Made by a program: the position numbers and the translations under genes. From Chrysomallon squamiferum (Eukaryota; Animalia; Mollusca): 64,000 nt of DNA. Below the pieces are notes generated by a model, which saw nothing but the letters and a program-made list of their open reading frames with translations, was not told the DNA's origin and searched no databases. The stretch spans positions 5,890,001 through 5,954,000 of the forward strand of contig CM022675.1 of NCBI GenBank assembly GCA_012295275.1. The letters are read 5' to 3'. This document shows positions 27,694 through 41,712 of the stretch, piece after piece. How positions within the stretch are numbered: position 1 is the stretch's first letter; each line of letters begins with the position of its first letter.

Positions 27694-29183
27694 TGTGCGT
27701 GTTTATATATACGTGTGTTGGTGAGATGTGACAAAAAAAAATTAAATTAGTGTCTTAGATTTATGATTGAATATATATTTATACATTTATTTTTTCTTAT
27801 TTTCAGGGGGCTAGGGTTCTCTGGAGGTTTATTTTTTTATTTTTTTTTATTTTTTTTTTATTGTTTTTCCTTGTTTGTTTTTGTTTTTCTGTTGTTTATA
27901 TATATATATATATATATATATTTATTTATTTTTTTAAAGTAAAAATAAATGCCAAATAAATAAATTTAACAATAAATGCCATGCAAAAATAAAATAAAGA
28001 TAAAACAAATACAGATGTAGATAGAGACCAACAGATAAATATATCAATAGATAGATATTTTAAAAAAGATAGCTAGATAGATATAGATATATAAAACAAT
28101 AAAATGAACTAATAAAATGCACGCTGATACTTTTGTGTTTACATTTCAGAAGATAATTCGTCACTCTTTGTTCTTAATGGATCCTTGAATGCTTCCGTTA
28201 AACAATTGTTCACTTCCGTTGAAGAGATCAGTGACAACGCCCCCTATCAGTGTTACAGAAGATGCAAGAGGGCTTCTATAGGTTTACAGGTTATAAACAA
28301 AAAATAAAATCTTATAAAATAATTATAATTTCATTTATATTATTATTATTATTATTATTATTATATTGTTCTTGTTGCTGTTATGTCATTGTATTTGTGT
28401 TAAATGTTTGTTAAAGTGCGTTATAATGTCCGCATATTAGAGTTTATATAATATTGTGTTTACATTAAACTGGTTATGACACATAGTTAATGTTATATTT
28501 ATATTAGAGTGTTTATGATATAACGTGTGTGTTATAGTGTCTATATTACAGTGTTCGAAATATAGTGTTTGTTCTAAAGTGTATATGTAATGGTGTTTCT
28601 AATACAGTGTCTGTGTTAGAGTATTTATATTGCAGTGTACTATAGTATGCGGTTTATATCAAAGCGTCAACATTACAGTGGATATGTTGCAGTTGTTTAT
28701 GTTATAGTGTTTATATTGCAGCGTCCAGATTACAATGTTTATGTTAGATTGTAAATGCTATAGTGTTTTTATTACTGCGACTGCATTATAGTGTTTACGT
28801 TACCGTGAATATGTTATAGTGTGTTCCATTACCGTATGTGTTTGATGATTATGTTAGAGGCTGTTTCTTAGCTTTTGTAATGACGGAGTATATGATACAG
28901 AGTTTATAACACAGGGAAAGAAATGCTATTGTCTGACGTCATCACCGCCAACCACACGTCATATTGATGACGTCAAATGTCCTGGCTCGTTCTATCAGTT
29001 CTGTGGAAGTGCCGACGTCATGTCAGTTTATAATATAGGTAAATCTGCGCATATGTTTGTGCGTGTGCGTATGTGTGTGTGGTTTCTTTTATAAATAATA
29101 ATAGTAATTTTCAGTGGCTAACAATGTGTTTTTTATAAATTTTGTAGTTGATAAAATGAAAGTTATTAATTTATTTATTTGCA

Positions 29184-29237
<54 letters not shown>

Positions 29238-30545
29238 CATCATCATCATTATTATTATTATCATCATTATTATTATTGTTATAATTATAATTGTTATTAT
29301 TGTTATTATTATTATTTAATTGTTTTAATTGTTTTCCTTTTTTTTTTTTTTTTTTTAATCTGTTCATTATTCCACTAATATTTCCAGATTTACCCAAAGA
29401 TCTGAAGTTTGACAACCTCGAAGATGTCAGTTGCGGATATCTTTACGGAAAACATCATCTTATTTTCAAAAATGATTTTGAACTAAGATGTGACAAATCG
29501 TGTGATAGTGAACTGTATTACACTTGTCCAGGTGATCTCCTAATGTCTTTGTTGTTGCTGTTGCTGCTGCTATTACCACTACTACAACTATTACTACTAC
29601 AGGCACTACTGCTCCTTCTACGATTAGTGGTACTGCTGATACTATCACGACGACTACCACTCTACTACATCTAATACTACTACTACTAATATTACTATTG
29701 GCTCTAGTACTATTACTTCTATTACTTTTATTACTACTACCAGTGGTACTAATGCCACTGTTTTAAAGTTAAATGCAGTATTATTTCTAATACCAGTTTT
29801 TCATGCCTTTTAGCCCAATACAAAAAACAAAACAGAATAAAAAAATAAAAATAAAAAACAACAAAAACAACAACAATAAGGTTAAACGTAAATAAATAAA
29901 TATAATTATAGCATCATTATCATCATCAATAACAACATCAGCAGCAACAACAACGACAACAGCAATAATAATAATAACAACAAATCTTTACAGAAAGGAA
30001 AAAAACGATCAAACACAAAAAGTAATAAAACTTGATGAATAAAACAACAACAAACAACAAAAAAAAAAAAAAAAAAAAAAAAAAAATAAAAAAAAAAAAA
30101 AAATAAATAAATGAAAAAAATAAATAAATAAATAAATAAAAATAAAACGAAAACGGAAAATGAAATAGAATAATATACACACAAAATATTTACATCTTAC
30201 ATAGAAAAACGTTACGACGGTGATGACGCTGATTGTAAAAATGGAGTCTGTGTGTCTACAGAGAGAGCAACGTGGAATATCTCCATGTCTAAGTGCGATA
30301 ATCAGCTTTACAAACTGACAGATGACGTCATCAGTGACATCACCAATTTGATATCAGACCACCTCGGTCTGTTAAAAGGGACGAAAGAGTACTGGGTTGG
30401 ACTGAAGAGATCCAGAAAGTTTAAATGGACGGATGGTAAGAAACGGTGTCAGAATCTTGTTTTGTTCATTAGACGTTAATGAAAATACCCTACAAGAATT
30501 CAGTTCCATAGATATAACTCTGAAATACTGTATTTTTTTTATTTT

Positions 30546-30602
<57 letters not shown>

Positions 30603-31240
30603 TAAAATATATGGCTGTTGTGATTTTAGCATATTTGTTTTATTTTATTTTTGTTTCGTTTTATTTAATATCGTTTTTTCTTCTTCTTTTTTTGTTGTTG
30701 TTGTTGTTCTTCTTCTTTCTTCTTCTTCTTCTTCTTCTTCTTCTTCTTCTTCTTCTTCTTCTATTATTATTATTATTAGATAATGTTTTCTAACTGTTTT
30801 AAAATTATATATATATATTTGCGGGGTTTTTTTTAATTTACACTTCAGGCATTGACTTTGAAGAAATGTTTCAAAATGAAAACAGCAACTCGCTGAAATG
30901 TGTCTATATGCTCCTGACAGAAACAGGACAAAGAAAATTTGGATTCTTGGACTGTAACAAAGAACTCCGTGCAATTTGTCTTACGAGTACGTCTGCATTT
31001 TTATGAAAATAATTTCGATAAAGTTGGAATTCAAGTCGATTAGTTGTTGGGATTGCTTCAATCTGTGTACATTCAGACTTTATTATTATAAAGTTTCATC
31101 TGTTAAAAAAAAAAGATGTTGTCATTATTGTTGTTGTTGTCGCTGCTGCTGCTGTTGTTATTATTATTACTATGATTGCTTATTTGCTGTGTTCTCTTTT
31201 CTTCTTACTTACTTACTTACTCATATTAATACTATTACAC

Positions 31241-31297
<57 letters not shown>

Positions 31298-34178
31298 AAT
31301 CATCGCCATCACATCAACATCACCATCATTATCATCATCATTATTATTACAGTTTACATCAAAAATACTTTTTATTTTCAACTGTGTATTGTGACTTGGG
31401 TTTATTTTGTAGAAAAACGTATTACAACAACATCCACCCAAACTTCAACACAACGTCCACAGTCGACTGTTACTATTGATCAGTCTACGATGTACACAGT
31501 GAACACCAGGAGAACATCGACGTCGTCAACAGTAACACCAGCATCAATAGCAAAATCTGATAATGCAGAATATATTTCAGGCAAGTTAATAACTACAGTA
31601 GTAGTAACAGCATCACTAGTCTTACTAGAGTACTTCATAGCAGTTAGAGTAGCAGCATAGCTCAAGAGTAGTACAGTAGAAGTAGCAGTTCTATTAGCAG
31701 TGGTAGCAGTAACAGCAACAGCAGTCTTAAATGAGTAATTCCCTATAGTAGGAGTTGTAGCATAGTCATAATAGAGGAATCTAAGGATTGATCAGCCATT
31801 TTAAAGATATTTGGCTATTTCACCCAAACCTTGATAGCTGTTGACTGAAAAGCTGTTGATGCTTATTGCTCTCGATTACAATAGAGAGTTTGATAGTTGC
31901 CTTCAACAACATCGTTGTGGGATACACGTATAATAAGAGGTCCATTTCAGCCCATCGAAGCCCAGGGTAAGGGGCCAATGAGCCACCCACCAGGGTCCTA
32001 CGGGCAACGATCTCAAACAGTGAAACTAGCTAGAAACAACAAACAGTAAAATTCCTTTTTTTAATTCCTGCCATAAATTTCTTCTGAGATGCTCGTACTG
32101 TAATAAACTAAGGAGTGAATTACATTTTCAGCACACTGACCTCAGTCTATGACATACTGTGCTACTGGCTCATGTTTTCAGTGTAGTTTCAAGAGTCCTA
32201 AACTAATGCTTGAATATTATTCAAGACTGAACCTGTGAAAACTGCCACTGAATTGTATGATTTACCTTCTGCCTTTTGGTAGTTTGCACAACAGAAAATT
32301 AAATCTGCCTCAGCTGAGTTTATTTCTTCCTGGACAGGCTCAATAAATGCGTATGACATAGTGTCCCTGGGAAATTTTTCCGAGAAATTATACTTCATTG
32401 TCCACAGTGTCATCTTTTGGTTGTATGATTACATCGATGTAGTAAACAGTGCTTTTCATTAGCTCTGTTTGTCTTCCATTCTTCCTCTCTAGGCATTCTT
32501 TTTATACCAGACACAGCACTTTAGTCTTTCCTGGACAAAAGTAATACCAGTAATTAATTATATAAAAAGTAATATTGATTTTTGTAGCTATATGTTCCTC
32601 TGAAATGCAGTGGGATCCAATGACACACCAGCCCATGGGTCCCCTTTGAAAATGGCTCATTGTTCCCCAACACCATTTTCATTATGTTAGCCCATGAAAT
32701 AAAAACTGTATTAAATTTTAGAAGTCAAAAGAAATAACTAAAAAAAAAAATAAAAAAAAAAAAAAAAAAAAAAAACGTTACAGGATCTATGAATGATGTA
32801 TTATTATCTTAATATTAAATTGTAACCAAAACACAAAAGAAATTGCTCAAGTTACTCAAAACTGATATGTTGATCAATAGCTCAGCTTTCTAAACACTAC
32901 GGTGAAGATCATATCTATAGTAGTTGCATTGATGGTGGATATAATCATGTCACTATCATTTTGCAGTCAGACGTCTATGGCCCATAGCTCATCGAACCCC
33001 AGTTTTCCCTAGTAGTCTCACTATAGTACCTGTTCTAGTAGTAATCACCTTTGCAGTGGTAGCAATAGTTGTAGTGGTAATAGTAGTAAGAGTAGCAGTA
33101 GTAGTTGTAGTAGTAGTAGTAGTCGCAGTTGTGATTGTAGTAATAGTAGTAATACGAGTAGTATGTAGCAGTGGTAGTAACAACAGTAGTGATAAAACCT
33201 GTACTTCTGTGATTATTTTCAGGAGGTCAGGTGACTGGTGTTGCAGTTGGAGGTGTGATAGTCTTTTTAGTTGGTGTTGTTGTAGTAGTAATCTGGATGA
33301 GAAGGTAAGTTTTGTTTTCAACAGTGATACCATACAATGTACCTTGTGCTCGTATGAACAAATGGTTCAGTACCAATTTCTCACTTTAAATGTATTTTGC
33401 TGTTGCCATGGGCGACCTATCATCACGTTTAACGAAGTATCGCAAAATGTGAATGCCGCCATCTTATCCCGTCACAATAAAACTATGACGTCATTTTTTT
33501 CCTTTCTCACAACATAAAAGAAAGAAAAGCAAATTGGTTCCCATTGTACGCGATGACGTCATCACTTCTATAGAAATAAAACTAAATGGCGACGCCCAGA
33601 TATTTCAAAAGTGAACTGTTTTACTGTTATATTTTATTAATGATAATAAAACTGACTTTATTATATTTCAGTAAAAAGAGATGTTGTTTCAAATCGCTAA
33701 AATCGTACGACATCTCCAGCAACGTTGAACTCCAGTCAGTCGGTACATCTAGAGAAACCCAGTAGGTTTACTTTTTAATTTACGGACACGTCAGAATTAC
33801 GAGAATAAATGTGTATATATTTCATTTTTGCATGCATATACCACATAAAACAATAAGTAGATAGATAGACTGATTCACACACACACGTACACACATATAC
33901 ACACATAAAATAATATATGTGCTGATTTCCATACAGACGGACATACAGACGGACAGAAAGACAGAAATAAATACATATAATAGTTAGTTTTCGTAGGACT
34001 GTGTTCAACTTTTGTGGTATGTGTGTACTGCAAAACAGTAGCTAGTTATTCTCAAAACAAACAAAATGCTCAGCTAAGGTGAGGCTCTACAGAGCTGCAT
34101 CGCGCATTTCGACCTGAGCTGGATACAACTTGTATCTTAAGCCCGTAACTATGTACAATGCTGCAGGACACACACACA

Positions 34179-34222
<44 letters not shown>

Positions 34223-35053
34223 TACATACATGCATATATGCGTATATATATAAACATCACATATTCCAGACATATGGACGAATACGCACAACCGATGAAA
34301 AGTCGTAAAGTAGCTACATCGACAGCCTCGGACGAAAATACTTATTACAACGTTGCCATGGCATCTACAGAGACACCCGATTACATCCTTGACGTTTACC
34401 AGCTTGCAGCATCTCCTGGTACCAATCTTCAAGCGGATCGTTTGAACATGACCAGTTTCAGTAATGACTATGAACCGGAACTTTCCCTTGATGAGCGTTC
34501 TAAAACCAGTCTTCAGGCGAGTAATGTTAAGACAACTAATTTAGATAATGTCTACGAACTAGCCGCATCCTCCGATGAACGTTCCACAGCCACGTTTCAA
34601 GCGGATAATGTCAACATAACCAGTTCAGATAATGTCTACGAACTGCCAGTGTCTCCTGACTATATTTCTAAAACCCATCATCAAGCGGATCATTTCTACA
34701 AAACCAACCCAGACAACGATTACGAGCTTGCTGTCTCCCCTGACTCAAACGATGAACCCAGCGTGTCCGCGGAACATTTCAATAAAACCAGTGGACAAGA
34801 TGATTACGAGGCTGTCAGTACAGGAAGTGACGTAAGGTATGAAAATCCGAAAGACTTTTTGAGTGAAGACTATGACACGTTCAGTGGGGAAAAAAATATT
34901 GGAGACCTAGGTGAGACTTACAGTCATATTGCAGATGTCGTCGTGAACGATGATTTGTATAACACGACAGAAAGAAAACCACGTGAACACGGTGATGACT
35001 ATCTCTACAATCACATGAACGGAGATGAGTTGCTGAAGGACGAAATAACATAA
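26522..35053 (+). CDS. Gene B: type I membrane receptor (signal, CTL-like domain split by WSC, second CTL-like domain, S/T stalk, TM, Tyr-repeat tail), ~725 aa, 11 coding exons
   Basis: Exons: 26522-26585 (signal MTALIPVLCFCFLLTAFS), 27402-27614 (LTWWDAAGEGC..YWIG..WIWT), 28150-28289 and 28915-29038 (WSC: QCYRRC..IGLQGKKCYC..KCPG..FCGS..MSVY), 29388-29531 (C..C..C), 30205-30435 and 30849-30986 (TWNISMSKC..YWVGL..FKWTDG..KCV..LDC..RAIC), 31413-31580 (S/T-rich, GC donor), 33223-33304 (TM), 33672-33761, 34270-35053. Total 2178 nt, phases consistent. Confidence 0.88.
28390..28830. repeat. Degenerate ~20-bp tandem repeat in an intron of gene B
   Basis: Recurrent gtt/attatagtgtttatat units. Confidence 0.55.
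31740..33010. mobile_element. Probable decayed transposon insertion in the GC-AG intron of gene B
   Basis: Complex, higher-GC block with broken minus-strand frames. It interrupts a (GTA)n-type tract and ends in ...ccccagttttccc. No TIR pair or TSD recognised. Confidence 0.3.
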
Positions 35054-35096
35054 ACAATGTAGACAAACATCCGGATAACAAGTTCGTTTAGTGGTC

Positions 35097-35223
<127 letters not shown>

Positions 35224-35228
35224 GGAGG

Positions 35229-35313
<85 letters not shown>

Positions 35314-36986
35314 TGTTGAATAAAGATAGGTTCTGTGAATAGTTGCGAGTCTGTCTTTAATTACTAATTTTTCAGTGAACCTGGGTCCGGTCTACGCTGT
35401 TAAAAGTTAGATAACTTTGACGAGAACAAGACATGACAAAATTAGGATATGAACCTTATCAGATTTAATTGCTGAGATAGATTATCATAGATTGAAAACC
35501 TCTAAATGACATTTAGATGTTGTAAACACTTATAGATATTCTAACAACAACATCTACAAAAAAAATGATGGTAATAACAACAACAATAATAGTAACAGAT
35601 CAATCATAACACAGATGTGTCACATTTTATATCTTCGTATCAGTAACAAGTTTTCACTGCATATTTCTTTACTCCAATTTCTCCGCAAGTGAGGATTATG
35701 TCAAGGATTATCTCCCTTCCATAAAAATGTAATTAACTGTTCCAAATACAGAGAAAGGATTTTTTTTAAACAATAATAAATAAATAAATAAAAATAAATT
35801 AATGATGTATCAACCATAGAGAATACATGCCACATTTCTTCATATCCTAATTTACTTTTTAAATGTGAGCTACTACCAGTACAACATCTACAAGAACAAC
35901 ACCAAACACTACCACTTCTTCTAGTATTAATAATAATAATAATAGTAATAATAATAAAGTAACAAAAACATATCTCAGTAATGCACGTTTTCGAACAGTA
36001 TCTCTCTGCATGCAGCTACATTCCTTTATATCTTAATATCTTTTAAAATTTACAAAAGTAAAACTTCCAAACTTCTTAAATGAAATAAAAAATAATAATA
36101 ATTAAAAAAAGAAAAAAAAGAAAGAAACTCTTTTGAATGTGAATTTTACTGTATTTTTTTAGTTCATAAAATAAGTAGTTCATTATTATCAAAAGTATGT
36201 AAATGATTCTTTTACTTACCTTTCTTTCTGCCCTGTACATTTCTCACTAACAAATACAGAGTAACTGTGGTAACATTGTATTTTATTTAATTAGTGAGGT
36301 AGCAACAGCAATATCATTAATATTTACAATTTTTTATATTTACAAATATTTATATTTGTATGAAATGCAGTGTTGATTACACCCTTAAAACTATAAAATA
36401 GTTATCATATAATAACTGTTACCAACAGCTGAAATAGTGATCACCTTGTTACTTGTGAGCAGTGACTTGTCATAATGTTACATTAATATTCTGAATGTTA
36501 ACTGAAAAGCAGATCACTCTGTTTTGTATATATATATCACTATGATCAGAAATAGTCATTAGTTTCTTATATTTTTCATTAGCATCAAGTGAAACCAAGA
36601 TTTATATTTAAATTTTATTAACAAATGAAATAGTGATCAGTTTATAATACTTGTACCTGTGAAAAATAAAACTGTAATTACTACATTACATCCATTGTTA
36701 TAATACAAATAAAAATAAAATAAAATAAATAAATAAATAAAGTATAATAAATATAAATATAAATATAATATTTCTATCAATAAAACAAGAAATGATCTGT
36801 TATAAATATGTACCTGATTAGTGGTTTATAAATATATGTTACAAACAACTGAAATAGTGATTGCATCACATAGAAACTTCACTAGTGATGATTAAATAAA
36901 ACTGGGTTTCTTACCAGTACAAAGAATGGTCATGTTCTAATAGATATTTGTGATCATGCTGATATAAAATAGAGACCAACAAGTAC

Positions 36987-38455
36987 AACAGTGATCACAC
37001 TGAAATAAATATTAGTTACTGACAAGTGAAACAGTGATCACACTGATATAAATATTAGTTACTGACAAGTAAAACAGTGATCACACTGATATAAATATTA
37101 GTTACTGACAAGTGAAACAGTGATCACACTGATATAAATATTAGTTACTGACAAGTAAAATAGTGATCACACAGATATAAATATTAGTTACTGGTAAGTA
37201 AAACAGTGATCACACTGATATAAATATTAGTTACTGACAAGTAAAATAGTGATCACACAGATATAAATATTAGTTACTGGTGATCTCACTGATATAAGTA
37301 AAACAGTGATCACACTGATATAAATATTAGTTACTGACAGGTAGATAAATATTAGTTACTGATAAGTAAAATAGTGATCACACTGATATAAATATTAGTT
37401 ACTGAAAAGTGAAACAGTGATCACACTGATATAAAGATTAGTTACTGACAAGTGAAACAGTGATCTCACTGATATAAATATTAGTTACTGACAAGTGAAA
37501 CAGCGATCACACTAATATAAAGATTAGTTACTGACAAGTGAAACAGTGATCACACTTATATAAAGATTAGTTACTGACAAGTAAAACAGTGATCACTCTG
37601 ATATAAAGATTAGTTACTGACACATGAAATAGTGATCACACTGATATAGATATTAGTTACTGACAAGTAAAACTGATCACTCTGATATAAATATTAGTTA
37701 CTGACAAGTAAAATAGTGATCACAGATATAAATATTAGTTACTGACACATGAAATAGTGATCACATTGATATAGATATTAGTTAATGAAAAGTAAAACAG
37801 TGATCACACTAATATAAAGATTAGTTACTGACAAGTAAAACAGTGATCACACTGATATAAATATTAGTTACTGACAAGTAAAACAGTGATCACACTGATA
37901 TAAATATTAGTTACTGACAAGTAAAACAGTGATCACACTGATATAAATATTAGTTACTGACAAGTGAAACAGTGATCACTCTGATATAAATATTAGTTAC
38001 TGACAAGTAAAACAGTGATCTGATATAAATATTAGTTACTGACAAGTAAAACAGTGATCACACTGATATAAATATTAGTTACTGAAAAGTAAAACAGTGA
38101 TCACACTGATATAAATATTAGTTACTGACAAGTAAAACAGTGATCTCACAGATATAAATATTAGTTACTGACAAGTGAAACAGTGATCACTCTGATATAA
38201 ATATTAGTTACTGACAAGTAAAACAGTGATCTGATATAAATATTAGTTACTGACAAGTAAAACAGTGATCACACTGATATAAATATTAATTACTGAAAAG
38301 TAAAACAGTGATCACACTGATATAAATATTAGTTACTGACAAGTAAAACAGTGATCACACTAATATAAAGATTAGTTACTGACAAGTGAAACAGTGATCA
38401 CACTGATATAAATATTAGTTACTGACAAGTAAAATAGTGATCACTCTGATATAAA
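36987..38455. repeat. 43-bp minisatellite, ~34 copies
   Basis: Unit aaacagtgatcacactgatataaatattagttactgacaagt(a/g); period 43 measured between GTGATC at 36991 and 37034. Degenerate units extend left to ~36430. Confidence 0.96.
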
Positions 38456-39090
38456 TTGTTCAGTTACTTTTAAATTTACAAAGAAAACACTGATGTGAAT
38501 ATTAGTTTCTGACAAATAAAGCTATGATCACTCATATTAGCTATATATCAATAAAATAATGATCATAGTAATGAGAAAGATTAAGAAAGCACAAATGGTA
38601 ATGTACTCTTTGAGAAGTCGGTTTCAAATTAACAAAGACACTGTAGTAAATATAATCTTACATGATCCACTAAATAAAATTATGTTTAATATTTATTTAC
38701 AGTCTGTTTGAGGGAAACAGTTGTTTATTATGAGAAAATGAAGCAGAAAAGTTGGAAGTAAATATGTTTGTTGTTATGTTTTTACTCCACAATCCGACCA
38801 GTTTAATTAAAATTAATATAAACTTCAACCCGGCCAAAATTAAAATTTTATATTTGCAAGAATAATTAATAATTATCTCTGTGTTAAACGTACATTAGAA
38901 AATAATAAAATTTGGTAAAACTTCACTTCTTTCCATTTATTTATTATTATTATTTTATTTTTATTTCTTTATTTACTTTTTAAAACTTTTTAATTTATTT
39001 ATTATTATTATTATTATTTTTTTTTTTTTATTTTTTTTTTTTATTTTAGACTGTTATTTCATAAAGACAAATTCAGGTTTTGATAATCTG

Positions 39091-41039
39091 TTACTCTTTG
39101 CTCCAAGTGAATATTTTGACTTGACCACCCTGCTGTGCTGCATAAAGTACATTTTTATGAAAACAGACACAAAGTGGTCTGTACAGTCCATCCTGGTCAG
39201 TGATAATGTTTCGGACAATTTCTCCATCAGCTGATAACTGGACAATATAATTTCTATGAAAACTGCAGACATAAACAAACCCGTCTGGGTCACATGTAAC
39301 ACCAAACAGAGGATAAAACAACATATTTTCAGGATGTGACCTCCAAGTAACGACACCTGACAATGTCATACACGTTACCGTCTTTGCAGAAACAACAAAC
39401 AGAGACTGTCCTGTCACTGTTAGAGCATTGACTTTTTTAAACACTTCTGAAAATGACTGAATGATATGACCCTCCTCATCCAGGATGTCCACATAATTAT
39501 TATCAAACCACCATATATAGCTGACTGCCAGATGGTTGCCTGGTAACATTGAAATATACCTGTATTTTTTATCCGTTTTCAGTTTTTTTGTCACATGTAA
39601 AATTCACCTTCAAGTTGTAAATATAAAATTGTATAGATATATGGCAAAGTGATAACAACCTGACTGTCAGGTGATTCACAAAGACCAAATGGTTGACTTT
39701 CAAGTTTGTATTCACTAAGACATTTAGAATCTTCAAAGGAGAAACATTTGACAGATTTTTGGTAATAGTCAGTCAAAAGAATTATACTTTCTTTTTCTTT
39801 TCCTAAAACTAGGATGGAGCATGGATAATATACCTGTGTGTCAATTATTTTAATTATTTTCAATCTGTCTGTCTCTCTGTGTGCTTGTGTGCATGTTAAG
39901 TGCAATTGTGCACTTTGTGTTTCTAGCACAGATTTAATATTTGCTTTCTGAACTTCAACAACCTGAATTTGACTTTTTGACTTTTGACAGGAAATCTGAT
40001 ATTTCTTTTCGTTGATTGACAAATGTCGAAATGTTTTCCTGAATTTTATCAGCTGAAGAATTAACTGAAAGATCCTCACCGAATTTGATCATCTCCTGAC
40101 ATGCACTAATCAGTTCTCTGTGTTTTTTAAAACTGTTTGCGATTTCTTTTTCAATATTTTGTTCTGATTTTTCAAGTTCTTTTTTTAATTTCTTCCCTTC
40201 TTCTTGGATTGATTGCATTAACTCGTTCACCTTTCTGTCTATCTCCTGGCCTGACTTGTCTACGGTCATTTTTAAGTCTCTTCGAATTCTTTCTGTCTTG
40301 GACTCCATGTTTTCTGTTAAATTACATTTTAAAGACTTCAGAGCCTCACAGATTGATTGTAGGGTTTCAGTTTTCGGATGAACATCATCACCTCGAAATA
40401 TAAATATTTACATTAATTTCTTATTAGCAACAGCAGTAGTAAAACATTTAAAAAATTTACAGTGTGAACAATAATTTATTATTTACTGTTTCATGATACA
40501 AATGTGTGTATATATATATATGTACATGTTTATTGAAAACAACAATGATATTTCTAATAATGTTTCATAAAAAAAATTAAAAAAAAAAAAAAATTCTATG
40601 TTTTAACAAATAAGTCTTTTAATGCCAATTATGATATATGTACAATTAACACAATTCAGTCTATAAACACTTGACCTGTCAGTCATTGTTCACCAATGAG
40701 CATTTTCTTTTTTTTTTTTTACTTACTTATTTTCGTTTTCCTCAATGTACTTATAATGTTCATCAATGTGATGTTTTCTGGAAACTCGTCTGCCCACGAC
40801 GACTTTGGTCTTGTGCTATGTGATATGTTTATTATGTTCCCGCAGACAGGACATACAAAATTGTTGTCGTCATTGCTGCTGTTGATGTGATTTTGCAAAC
40901 ACAGTTTGCAAAATGAGTGACCACATGCAAGTATTTTGGGGTCTTGGTAAACATCCAAACAGAGACTGCAGGTAACATCATCCACTATGTGGGCAAACGC
41001 TGTGGCCATATCTGAAATATTTTTAACGTCTCTGAACAT
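39091..41039 (-). pseudogene. TRIM-like E3 ligase (RING, coiled coil, NHL/SGL-type beta-propeller; no B-box) with two 1-nt frameshifts
   Basis: Exon 41039-40727 has C3HC4 RING CSLC..PKILACGHSFCKLC..CPVC and donor A|gtaagt. Exon 40391-39091 has a coiled coil, then repeats PCSILV, PFGLC, PLFGVTCDPDGFVYVC, PLCVCF. Frame breaks at ~39975 and ~39600; acceptor is a non-consensus GAG. Confidence 0.82.
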
Positions 41040-41218
41040 TGTAATAACTAATTATAATAATGAAAAGTTAATTCTATTTAAACAGGTCACGTGATGTATG
41101 ATATTTAATTAGTTCCTTAAAACTTTATTTTAAGAAAATTATCAACATTTTTAATCTTTTGTTATTTCTACTTCACACTTTATTATTTTAACATAAATAC
41201 ATAACATTGTTTTAAATT

Positions 41219-41271
<53 letters not shown>

Positions 41272-41681
41272 TTAAATTATCTTTTTGACGGAATAACAAT
41301 AACAATTACAACGGCAGCCGTAACCGATTATTCATCCTATTGAGCTATTTCTAATCAGTGTATCAATAACAATTAACTTATCATTGTGATAAGAAACAAG
41401 TCAGTATACCATCAATGATCAATCATGGCGGTTGTTTTGTCATGCCAGACTGTTTTAGAGTTATCTCCCGTTATATAAAATTTGCCCAATATGTACATGA
41501 TTAAGTATGTCTAAAATGCACAAAATACACAGAAAAATATATAAATATATAAATAAATAAATAAATAAATAAGGATGATTTTAGTTTTCAGTCAGTAATA
41601 TATGTTTATTGGTTTGAAATGATGTCCAGATATCTTGTAATAACTATTATATTTCTTTACATTGTTACTAAAATGAATGAA

Positions 41682-41712
<31 letters not shown>

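Noticed and set aside
34130-34269. N-terminal HTHTHT part of the 307-aa ORF
   Set aside because: Intronic (CA)n; the true exon starts at the acceptor at 34270.
36987-38455. CRISPR-like regular array
   Set aside because: Head-to-tail 43-bp units with no unique spacers, no cas genes and a eukaryotic context; it is a minisatellite.
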